64,000 bases of DNA from Clostridia bacterium (GTDB taxonomy: Bacteria; Bacillota; Clostridia; Christensenellales; Aristaeellaceae), in the NCBI GenBank assembly GCA_017938695.1, contig JAGBBA010000057.1:506-64505 (forward strand). Direction: 5' to 3'. Below the pieces are notes generated by a model. It was not told the origin of the DNA, did not search any database, and worked only from the letters and a program-made list of their open reading frames with translations. The position numbers and the translations under genes were made by a program. Positions within the stretch are counted from its first letter, which is position 1, and each line of letters starts with the position of its first letter. This document shows, one piece after another, positions 55,551-64,000 of the stretch.

Positions 55551-56450
55551 ATGAAGAAGCTCCTGGCTACCCTGCTGGCGGCGATGCTGCTCCCTGCCGC
55601 TGCCATGGCGGAGACCATCGTCACCTCGTTTTATCCCGTCTATCTGTTCACCCTGAACCTGACCCAAGGCATCGACGGCATGGAGGTCCGCAACCTGGCC
55701 GCTCCGGACACCGGCTGCCTGCATGACTATCAACTGCAGACCGGCGACATGAAAAAGCTGGCGGCGGCGGATGCGTTCCTCATCAACGGCGCAGGCATGG
55801 AGAACTATCTTTCCGGCGTGATGGAGGCCTTCCCGGAGCTGCCGGTGGTGGACGCCTCCGCAGGCATTGAGCTGCTGTGCACTGAAGAAGAGCACGACCA
55901 TGACCATGATCATGAGCATGATCACGGGGCCTACAACGCCCACGTGTGGCTGGATGCCCAGAACGCCCAGACCATGGTGTCCAACCTGGCGGAAGGTCTG
56001 ATGGCCGCTTGCCCGGACAAGGCCGAGGCCATCGCCGCCAACCGGGATGCCTACCTGGCCCGTCTGGCTGTGCTGGATGAAGAGCTCGCCGCCGGGCTGG
56101 CCGATCTGCCCCGGAAGGATATCATCACCTTCCACGAGGCGTTCCCCTATTTTGCCCAGGCCTACGGGCTGAACGTGGCCGCCGTGGTGAACCGGGAGCC
56201 CAGCGACGCGCTCTCCCCTGCCAAGCTGGCTGAGCTGGTGAAGCTGGTGGTGAAGCTGGGTGTGCCGCCCCTGTTCGTGGAGCCCCAGTACGAGGACATG
56301 GCCGCCCAGACCCTGGCCCGGGAGACCGGCGCGGCGGTGTACAGCCTGGACCCCGTGGTCACCGGCCCGGAAAGCGACATCCCCCTGACCTACTATGAAG
56401 ATGTGATGCGTGCCAATATGCAGGTGCTGCAAAACGCACTCTCCCAGTGA
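55551..56450 (+). CDS. znuA: metal (zinc-type) ABC transporter substrate-binding protein, cluster A-I
   Basis: Signal peptide and a His/Asp-rich loop EEEHDHDHDHEHDHG typical of ZnuA/AdcA-type SBPs. Confidence 0.8.
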   Translation: MKKLLATLLAAMLLPAAAMAETIVTSFYPVYLFTLNLTQGIDGMEVRNLAAPDTGCLHDYQLQTGDMKKLAAADAFLINGAGMENYLSGVMEAFPELPVVDASAGIELLCTEEEHDHDHDHEHDHGAYNAHVWLDAQNAQTMVSNLAEGLMAACPDKAEAIAANRDAYLARLAVLDEELAAGLADLPRKDIITFHEAFPYFAQAYGLNVAAVVNREPSDALSPAKLAELVKLVVKLGVPPLFVEPQYEDMAAQTLARETGAAVYSLDPVVTGPESDIPLTYYEDVMRANMQVLQNALSQ

Positions 56451-56464
56451 AAGGAGAACTACCC

Positions 56465-57502
56465 ATGAAAAAGCTTGCCGGTGTGCTGTGCGCACTGCTG
56501 ATCCTCGCCCTGTCCGCCTCTGCCCTGGCGGAGACCATGACCATCTCCCTGATCGGCGACTGCACCGTGGGCGACCAGTACAAGTACCGCGGCTACAAGT
56601 CCTCCTTCACCTACAAGATCACCCAAGCGGGCCTGGACTACCCCTTCAGCCTGGTGGCGGATATGTTTGCCGCCGACGACCTGACCGTGGCCAACTGCGA
56701 GGGCGTGCTGACCAACCGCAGCCCCGGCAAAAACGCCAAGTTCATGACCCTGGGCGCAGGCATGGAATTTGCGCAGGTGTTCTCCCTGGGCAATGTGGAC
56801 GTGTGCAACACTGCCAACAACCACGCCAAGGACTTCGGCAACAAGGGCCTGGAGGACACCTTCGCCGCCCTGGAGGCCGTGGGCATCGGTGCCTTCGGCG
56901 ACGAGATCACCTACACCACCACCATCAAGGGCGTGAAGATTGGCTTTGTGGGCTACACCTATCCCATCACCGAGCCCAAGCTGCAGCGGTATGAAAAGAT
57001 GATCAATCAGCTGCGGGCAGAGGGCTGCACCTTCATCATCGCCAGCGCCCACTGGGGCAAGGAGGAAAGCCTGAACATCAACCTCCAGCAGCGCGAAGGT
57101 GCCCCCGCCCTGATCGACACGGGCGCCGATATGGTCTACGGCCACGGCTCCCACACCCTGCAGCCTATCCAGGTATACAAGGGCAAGCTGATTTTCTACA
57201 GCCTGTCCAACTTCACCTTCGGTGCCAACGCCGCCCCCAAGGACGACGACACCGCCGTGATCCAGGTGACCTACGACATCAACCCCGACGGCACCATGAC
57301 CGTGGCCGAGCTGACCGCCATCCCCTTCAAGATGCACAAGGACAAGGATTTCCGCCCCTATCCCATCGAGGATGAAGCAGGCAAGCTGAAGGTGTGGAAG
57401 AAGCTGGTGTTCTCCAAGGCCAAGGATCCTGACAGCGGCCTGCCGGAGAGCTTCCTGACCACCGGCTATGCCGACCTGCGCACAAAGGAGGCCGCCGAAT
57501 GA
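56465..57502 (+). CDS. CapA-family metallophosphatase-like protein, secreted
   Basis: Signal peptide and CapA motifs (NCEGVLT, TANNHAKDFG, SAHWGKE, GHGSHTLQP). Confidence 0.85.
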   Translation: MKKLAGVLCALLILALSASALAETMTISLIGDCTVGDQYKYRGYKSSFTYKITQAGLDYPFSLVADMFAADDLTVANCEGVLTNRSPGKNAKFMTLGAGMEFAQVFSLGNVDVCNTANNHAKDFGNKGLEDTFAALEAVGIGAFGDEITYTTTIKGVKIGFVGYTYPITEPKLQRYEKMINQLRAEGCTFIIASAHWGKEESLNINLQQREGAPALIDTGADMVYGHGSHTLQPIQVYKGKLIFYSLSNFTFGANAAPKDDDTAVIQVTYDINPDGTMTVAELTAIPFKMHKDKDFRPYPIEDEAGKLKVWKKLVFSKAKDPDSGLPESFLTTGYADLRTKEAAE

Positions 57503-58257
57503 ACATCCTTCTGGTGAATGACGACGGCTTCGACAGCCCCTTCCTGCATCTATTGTGCCGCGCCGTAGCGGCCCGGGGCCATCATGTGACCGTATGCGCC
57601 CCCGCCACCCAGCAGAGTGCCAAATCCCACGCCTACACGGTGGCCCTGCCCCTGATGGCCAAACGCCGCGACATGGAAGGTGCCGACGAGGCCTGGGCCA
57701 TCGAAGGCACGCCGGTGGACTGCTGCCGCATCGGCTTTATGAGCATCTGTGAAAAGCGGCCCGATCTGGTGATCAGCGGCATCAACCTGGGCTACAACAC
57801 CGGCTTTGCGGTGTATGTTTCCGGCACTGTGGGTGCCGCCCGCGAGGCCGCCATGCAGGGCATCCCTGCCATGTCCCTGAGTGCCGAATACCAAACCCCG
57901 CCGGAGACCGTGCAGTTCTTTGCCGACTGGGCCGCTGCCCTGGCCGAACGCCTGGTGGATTACCCCGCCCCCGAGTTCTCCGTGTGCAACCTGAACGTTC
58001 CGCCCGTGCCCATGTATGAGCTGAAAGAGCCCAAAATGTGCCCCATCACCCGCAACCTCTACAAGGACACCTACGAACGCCGCGAAAGCCCCCGGGGCGA
58101 CAGCTACTTCTGGCTCACCCCCCTGGAGCAGGACTACGACGCCACCCCCGGCAGCGACCAGGACTGGCTGAGCCGCGGCCACATCACCTGCACCTTCCTC
58201 ACCCCCGACGGCGTGGTGGATCAGGAAAAGTATGCGGATTTCCTGAAGGAGCTGTAA
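57499..58257 (+). CDS. surE: 5'/3'-nucleotidase SurE
   Basis: MNILLVNDDGFDSP and SGINLGYN motifs. 4-nt overlap with the upstream gene. Confidence 0.93.
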   Translation: MNILLVNDDGFDSPFLHLLCRAVAARGHHVTVCAPATQQSAKSHAYTVALPLMAKRRDMEGADEAWAIEGTPVDCCRIGFMSICEKRPDLVISGINLGYNTGFAVYVSGTVGAAREAAMQGIPAMSLSAEYQTPPETVQFFADWAAALAERLVDYPAPEFSVCNLNVPPVPMYELKEPKMCPITRNLYKDTYERRESPRGDSYFWLTPLEQDYDATPGSDQDWLSRGHITCTFLTPDGVVDQEKYADFLKEL

Positions 58258-58264
58258 GTTTTGC

Positions 58265-58293
58265 TTGCAAAACTTCGTCCCCGGTGTTATAAT
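58265..58293 (+). promoter_or_regulatory. sigma-70-type promoter of the pheST leader
   Basis: TTGCAA, a 17-nt spacer, then TATAAT. Confidence 0.65.
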
Positions 58294-58299
58294 GCATTC

Positions 58300-58567
58300 A
58301 ATATCATCAAAGGCGACGACGGAGACAATGCCGGAGCCAAGGCTGGCCTAAGAGAGGGACGCACATGGTGCAAGCGTCCTGACGAGCCTTCCGGAAATTC
58401 CCTCCTGAGCTGCGCAGCGGAACGGGCTTTGGCCTCAGTAGGTTGCGACGGGTCGGCCCCGTAATCGGCATCGAGCATATCGCAGGAGCATTCCTGCCGT
58501 ATGGAATCAGGGTGGTAACACGCGGCAATTCGCCTTCGTCCCTTTCGCGGACGAGGGTTTTTTATTT
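58300..58567 (+). promoter_or_regulatory. T-box riboswitch leader (Phe)
   Basis: AGAGAG and GGTGCAA stem-I elements. TTC triplets at 58389-91 and 58398-400. T-box sequence AATCAGGGTGGTAACACGCGG (58504-58524). Terminator ..cgtccctttcgcggacgaggg + T6. Confidence 0.85.
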
Positions 58568-58595
58568 GCTGACACACAGAAAGGAAGGTTTGACT

Positions 58596-59618
58596 ATGAA
58601 GGAAAAGATCGCGCAGATTGAACAGCTGCTCGTAAGCGAGCTGGCGATGTGCGAAAACATGCAGGCCCTGGACGCCCTGCGCGTGAAGGTGCTGGGCAAG
58701 AAGGGCGAATTGACCGCCCTTTTGCGCGGCATGGGCCAGCTCTCCCCCGAGGAGCGTCCCGCCGCCGGCCAGATGATCAACGAGGCCCGTGAGAAGTTCA
58801 CCGCCATGCTGGAAGAAAAGCAGGCCCTGCTGAAGAAAAAGGCCCAGGAGGAAGCCCTCCAGCGCGAGACCATCGACGTGACCCAGCCCGCCGCTGCCCC
58901 CAAGGCTGGCTGCGTGCACCCCATGACCCTGGTGCTCAACGAAGTCATCGACTGCTTCACCGGCATGGGCTTCGAAGTGGTGGAAGGCCCCGAAGTGGAG
59001 CTGGATCACTACAACTTTGAACTGATGAACATCCCCAAGAATCACCCTGCCCGCGACGCGCAGGACACCTTCTATGTGGATGACAACATCGTGCTGCGCA
59101 CCCACACCAGCCCTGTGCAGGCCCGCACCATGCTCACCCGCAAGCCCCCCATCCGCGTTATCTGCCCCGGCCGCGTGTATCGTGCCGACGAGATGGATGC
59201 CACCCACAGCCCCGTCTTCCACCAGATGGAAGGCCTGGTCATCGACAAGGACGTGACCATGGCTGATCTGCGCGGCACCCTGAATGCCTTCGCCGAGCGG
59301 TTGTACGGCAAGGGTATCACCACCCGTTTCCGCCCCAGCTTCTTCCCCTTCACCGAGCCCTCCGCTGAGGTGGACCTGACCTGCGTGGCCTGCCACGGCA
59401 AGGGCTGCCGCGTGTGCAAGGGCACCGGCTGGATCGAGGTGCTGGGCTGCGGCATGGTCAACCCCCACGTGCTGGAAATGTGCGGCATCGACCCCAACGA
59501 GTACTCCGGCTTCGCCTTCGGCATCGGCATCGAGCGCATCACCATGCAGCGTTACGGCATCCCCGACCTGCGCCTCCTCTTCGAAGGCGACGTTCGTTTC
59601 CTGGGCCAGTTCCGCTGA
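58596..59618 (+). CDS. pheS: phenylalanine--tRNA ligase alpha subunit
   Basis: Class II aaRS motifs (FELMNIPKNHPARD, GRVYR, GFAFGIGIERI). Start at MKEKIAQ after GAAAGGAAGG. Confidence 0.96.
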   Translation: MKEKIAQIEQLLVSELAMCENMQALDALRVKVLGKKGELTALLRGMGQLSPEERPAAGQMINEAREKFTAMLEEKQALLKKKAQEEALQRETIDVTQPAAAPKAGCVHPMTLVLNEVIDCFTGMGFEVVEGPEVELDHYNFELMNIPKNHPARDAQDTFYVDDNIVLRTHTSPVQARTMLTRKPPIRVICPGRVYRADEMDATHSPVFHQMEGLVIDKDVTMADLRGTLNAFAERLYGKGITTRFRPSFFPFTEPSAEVDLTCVACHGKGCRVCKGTGWIEVLGCGMVNPHVLEMCGIDPNEYSGFAFGIGIERITMQRYGIPDLRLLFEGDVRFLGQFR

Positions 59619-59624
59619 GTTACG

Positions 59625-59706
59625 CCAGAGGCTCTGCCTCTGGACTCCGCCAAAGGGCTCTGCCCTTTGGAATCCCGCTTAAGGGTCTTCGACCCTTAAG
59701 AATCCC
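59625..59706 (+). repeat. three unit hairpins of the mosaic family between pheS and pheT
   Basis: ccagaggctctgcctctgg, ccaaagggctctgccctttgg and cttaagggtcttcgacccttaag, each followed by an RAHYCC tail. No T-run. Confidence 0.85.
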
Positions 59707-59773
59707 ATTCTGCGATGTTGCGCTTCGGTTCCCTTGGAATTGATTGCGCATGGAACATAAAGGAGGCGTACCG

Positions 59774-62167
59774 ATGAAGGTACCTATGCAATGGATCAAG
59801 GAATATGCGGATATTCCTGTTTCTGCTGAAGAATATCAGAATAAAATGATCATGATCGGCAACGGCGTCGAGGGCTATGAAGAGATCGGCGGCGAAGTCG
59901 AGGGCGTGGTGGTTGGCCGCGTGGTGACCTGCGAGCCCCATCCCGATTCCGATCACCTGCACGTGACCACCGTGGACGTGGGCGAGGAAGAGCTGCTGAA
60001 CATCGTCTGCGGTGCTCCCAACTGCGAGGCGGGCATCCTGGTGCCCGTGGCCAAGATCGGTGCCAAGCTGCCCGGCGGCATCAAGATCAAGAAGGGCAAG
60101 CTCCGCGGCGTAGCCAGCGAGGGCATGCTCTGCGGCGGCGACGAGCTGGGCGTGCCGGTGGAGCTGTATCCCCATGTGGGCGAGAAGGGTCTGCTGATCT
60201 TCAACGAAGAATATCCCCTGGGTGCGGACGTGAAGCCCATCCTGGGTATTGACGATACCGTGATGGACTTCGAAGTGCTGGCCAACCGTCCCGACTGCCT
60301 GAGCGTGTGGGGCATTGCCCGCGAGACCGCCGTGGCCTGCGGCACCAAGTTCGTCAAGCCCGAGATCGCCGTGAAGGAATGCGGCGGCGACATCCACGAC
60401 TATGTGAAGGTGGATGTGGAAGCTACCGACCTGTGCCCCCGTTACATCTCCCGCGTCATCAAGGACGTGCGCGTGGGCCCCAGCCCCATGTGGCTGCGTA
60501 AGTACCTCAACGGTGCCGGCATGCGCTCCATCAACAACGTGGTGGACATCACCAACTTCATCATGCTGGAGACCGGCCACCCCATGCACGCCTTTGACCT
60601 GGACATGGTGGAAGGCAACCACATCATCGTCCGCAAGGCCGTGGAGGGCGAGCACATCACCACCCTGGATGGCAAGCAGCACGACCTGACCCCCGGCCAG
60701 CTGGTGATCTGCGATGCCAATAAGCCCTCCTGCGTGGCTGGCATCATGGGCGGCGAGGAATCCGAGATCACCGAAAAGACCCACACCATGATGTTCGAGT
60801 GCGCTGTGTTCGACCGTGCCGCCACCCGTGTCACCAGCCGCGCCCTGGGCATCCGCACCGAGTCCTCCGGCCGCTTTGAGAAGGGCGTATCCGTGAAGAC
60901 CGCCATGGAAGCCATGCAGCGCGCCTGCCAGATGATCAACGAGCTGGACGCTGGCGACGTGGTTTCCGGCATCATCGACATTTATCCAGATCCTGCTAAG
61001 GAGCAGGTCATCACCGGTTCCTGCCAGCGCATCGCCCGCCGCACCGGCGTGGATATCCCCGCTGACGACATCGTGCGCATCCTGACCGACCTGCACTTCG
61101 GCGTGGAGCGCGACGGCGATCAGCTCACCGTGACCGTGCCTGACTACCGCCAGGATGTGGACGGCGAGGCCGACCTCAGCGAAGAAGCCCTGCGCGTGTA
61201 CGGCTACGACAAGATCCCCTCCACCCTGCTGCGCGGCGAAACCACCCCCGGCGGCCGCTCTGACCGCATGCGCCTGAAGGACGAAGTCGCCCGTTACCTC
61301 ACCGGCATGGGCTTCTTCGAGATCATGAACTTCTCCTTCGTCAGCCCCAAGACCGTCCTGAAGCTGGACATGGGCGAGGATGATCCCCGGCTGAACCAGT
61401 TGCCCATCCGCAACCCCCTGGGCGAGGATACCAGCGTGATGCGCACCACCCTCACCCCCGGCATGCTCACCACCCTGGCCCTGAACATGAACCACGGCAA
61501 CGAGTCCGCCCGGCTTTACGAAGTGGCCGCCGTCTTCGATGCTGAGAACCGCACCGAAGAGAACCTGCCCACCGAGAACCAGAAGCTCTGCCTGGGCGTG
61601 TATGGCAAGGAGGAAGACTTCTTCACCCTGCGCGGCATGGTGGAGCGTCTGCTGGCCTCCCTGGGCATTGAAACCGTGGTGGAAGCCCGTGGCGAGAGCT
61701 ATCTGCATCCCGGTCGCCGTGCCGTGCTGATGGCTGGCGACGAGCGCGTCTGCTGCCTGGGCGAGGTGCATCCCGTCGTCCGCGAAGAATTCGACATGCC
61801 TGCCCGTGCCTACATTGCCGAGCTGGACATGGATCAGCTGGCCCGCCTGCGCAAGCCCATGGGTGCTGTGAAGCCCATGCCCCGCTACCCCGCCGTGACC
61901 CGCGACCTGTCCCTGGTGATGGCTGAAAGCACCCTGGTCGGCCCCCTGATGGCCGATATGGCCAAGGCTGCCGGTGCCATCCTGGAGGATGCCAAGATGT
62001 TCGACGTCTACCGCTCCGCCGCCCTGGGCGAGAACATGAAGTCCGTGGCCTTCTCCTTCGTCCTCCGCGGTGCCGATCACACCCTGACCGAAGCCGAAGT
62101 CGCCAAGGCCATGGAGAAGATCCTCAAGGTCGCCGCCGAAAAGTACAACGCCGTCATCCGCGCCTAA
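59774..62167 (+). CDS. pheT: phenylalanine--tRNA ligase beta subunit
   Basis: AGGAGG RBS 7 nt before the ATG at 59774. tRNA-binding, B3/4, B5 and FDX-ACB domain order evident from conserved blocks. Confidence 0.96.
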   Translation: MKVPMQWIKEYADIPVSAEEYQNKMIMIGNGVEGYEEIGGEVEGVVVGRVVTCEPHPDSDHLHVTTVDVGEEELLNIVCGAPNCEAGILVPVAKIGAKLPGGIKIKKGKLRGVASEGMLCGGDELGVPVELYPHVGEKGLLIFNEEYPLGADVKPILGIDDTVMDFEVLANRPDCLSVWGIARETAVACGTKFVKPEIAVKECGGDIHDYVKVDVEATDLCPRYISRVIKDVRVGPSPMWLRKYLNGAGMRSINNVVDITNFIMLETGHPMHAFDLDMVEGNHIIVRKAVEGEHITTLDGKQHDLTPGQLVICDANKPSCVAGIMGGEESEITEKTHTMMFECAVFDRAATRVTSRALGIRTESSGRFEKGVSVKTAMEAMQRACQMINELDAGDVVSGIIDIYPDPAKEQVITGSCQRIARRTGVDIPADDIVRILTDLHFGVERDGDQLTVTVPDYRQDVDGEADLSEEALRVYGYDKIPSTLLRGETTPGGRSDRMRLKDEVARYLTGMGFFEIMNFSFVSPKTVLKLDMGEDDPRLNQLPIRNPLGEDTSVMRTTLTPGMLTTLALNMNHGNESARLYEVAAVFDAENRTEENLPTENQKLCLGVYGKEEDFFTLRGMVERLLASLGIETVVEARGESYLHPGRRAVLMAGDERVCCLGEVHPVVREEFDMPARAYIAELDMDQLARLRKPMGAVKPMPRYPAVTRDLSLVMAESTLVGPLMADMAKAAGAILEDAKMFDVYRSAALGENMKSVAFSFVLRGADHTLTEAEVAKAMEKILKVAAEKYNAVIRA

Positions 62168-62181
62168 GCGCGTTTTCCCCG

Positions 62182-62223
62182 CCCCGGCATGGCTCACACG
62201 CCCTGCCGGGGCTTTCATTTTTT
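62182..62223 (+). terminator. rho-independent terminator after pheT
   Basis: ccccggca/tgccgggg stem followed by a T-rich run. Confidence 0.7.
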
Positions 62224-62287
62224 GATTCACATTCAGTTCAAGCAGTTCTGCTACGCTGATGCCATCAACACGAAAGGATGTGGCATC

Positions 62288-62935
62288 ATGGCTGATCGCT
62301 TGAACAGCAAAGAAATCAAATACCAACAGGCATTTTGGGTGTTTATGGCAGGCAGTGTTCTGGGGTTTGTACTGGAAGGCCTGTGGTGCGTGTGGCGCAA
62401 AGGCGCGTGGGAAAACCACGCTGCCACCGTATGGGGGCCGCTTTGTCTGGTGTATGGCGTAGGCGCACTGGCCATTTATGTGATGGCCATGTACAGCCAG
62501 GGCTGGCGGGCACGCAGACAGTTTTTCTGGTGCGCGTTAGCTGGCACCGCCGTGGAATACTTCACCAGCCTGTTTCAAGAGCTCCTTTTCGGCTCCCGTT
62601 CCTGGGATTACAGCAAGCACTACATCCACCTCAACGGACGTGTTAGCCTGCGTATGACACTGATGTGGGGCCTGCTGGGCCTTTTATTCATCCGGCTGAT
62701 CATGCCCCTCCTGCAACGGTGGCTCAGCCACATGCAGGGTGTATTCTGGCAACGGGCCTGCGTGATGCTCAGCTGCTGGATGGTAGTCAACCTGCTACTC
62801 ACCGGCGCAGCCCTGAGCCGCTGGAAGGAACGGCAGCAGGACATCGCCCCCGGCAACTGCGTGGAACTTTCCCTGGACAAGCACTTTCCCAACGCCCGTA
62901 TGGAAGCCATCTTTAACAACATGGTGTTCAACTGA
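62288..62935 (+). CDS. membrane protein (PF06541-like putative ABC-transporter type IV family)
   Basis: Multi-TM protein with a conserved-looking GFVLEGLWC...VWGPLCLVYGVGA block. Start at MADRLNS. Confidence 0.55.
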   Translation: MADRLNSKEIKYQQAFWVFMAGSVLGFVLEGLWCVWRKGAWENHAATVWGPLCLVYGVGALAIYVMAMYSQGWRARRQFFWCALAGTAVEYFTSLFQELLFGSRSWDYSKHYIHLNGRVSLRMTLMWGLLGLLFIRLIMPLLQRWLSHMQGVFWQRACVMLSCWMVVNLLLTGAALSRWKERQQDIAPGNCVELSLDKHFPNARMEAIFNNMVFN

Positions 62936-63057
62936 ACCCTTTTTTTTCCTGCAGATCTGCAGCCATCCGCAATTGGTGTCAGGAGTGCGTATCCTTGAAA
63001 AATACATAAAGAATGCAGGATGAGGGTTGTCATCTTGCATTTCGAGCTGTAAAATAA

Positions 63058-64000
<943 letters not shown>

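Noticed and set aside
59696-62419. 907-aa minus-strand ORF
   Set aside because: It is antisense to pheT. It shows the same low-complexity composition, whereas pheT on the plus strand has clear conserved blocks and an RBS.

Overview
This 64-kb window looks like a chromosomal segment from a high-GC (roughly 58-60% by eye) anaerobic Firmicute/Clostridia-type genome. That taxonomic guess is inference from gene content and codon style only. No rRNA, tRNA, CRISPR array, transposase, integrase or phage genes were seen.

The window contains the replication-origin region. dnaA lies on the minus strand, with a cluster of same-orientation TGTGGATAA DnaA boxes and an AT-rich stretch upstream of it.

Gene content:
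- Housekeeping genes: partial aconitase, recA, aroF-aroB, yebC, pdp, azlCD, cstA, purC, surE, pheST behind a T-box leader, and partial gdhA.
- A sugar ABC transporter.
- A glycan-utilisation cluster: GH26, a sugar-phosphate isomerase-like TIM barrel, a Gfo/Idh/MocA oxidoreductase, an AraC regulator and GH10.
- Sporulation-related genes: a SpoIID-domain protein and cotJ genes.
- A tight six-gene minus-strand cluster. adhE is followed by an APH-fold kinase, a small [2Fe-2S] protein, a PAS-containing sensory-type [FeFe]-hydrogenase, a SpoIIE/PP2C phosphatase and a second [FeFe]-hydrogenase-like protein. A Rex-like operator sits upstream.

The most unusual sequence-level signals:
1. A modular, hairpin-rich intergenic repeat family occurs at 8 or more loci. 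Three copies are long mosaics that share several modules in the same order. Some copies carry a terminator module and others sit inside operons without it.
2. A 20-codon Phe/Tyr-rich leader ORF plus a terminator lies upstream of DAHP synthase.
3. A roughly 400-nt leader with an internal intrinsic terminator lies upstream of cstA.

Many long ORFs in the track are antisense artefacts of high GC content and were rejected. Coordinates of small motifs were counted by hand and may be off by 1-2 nt.
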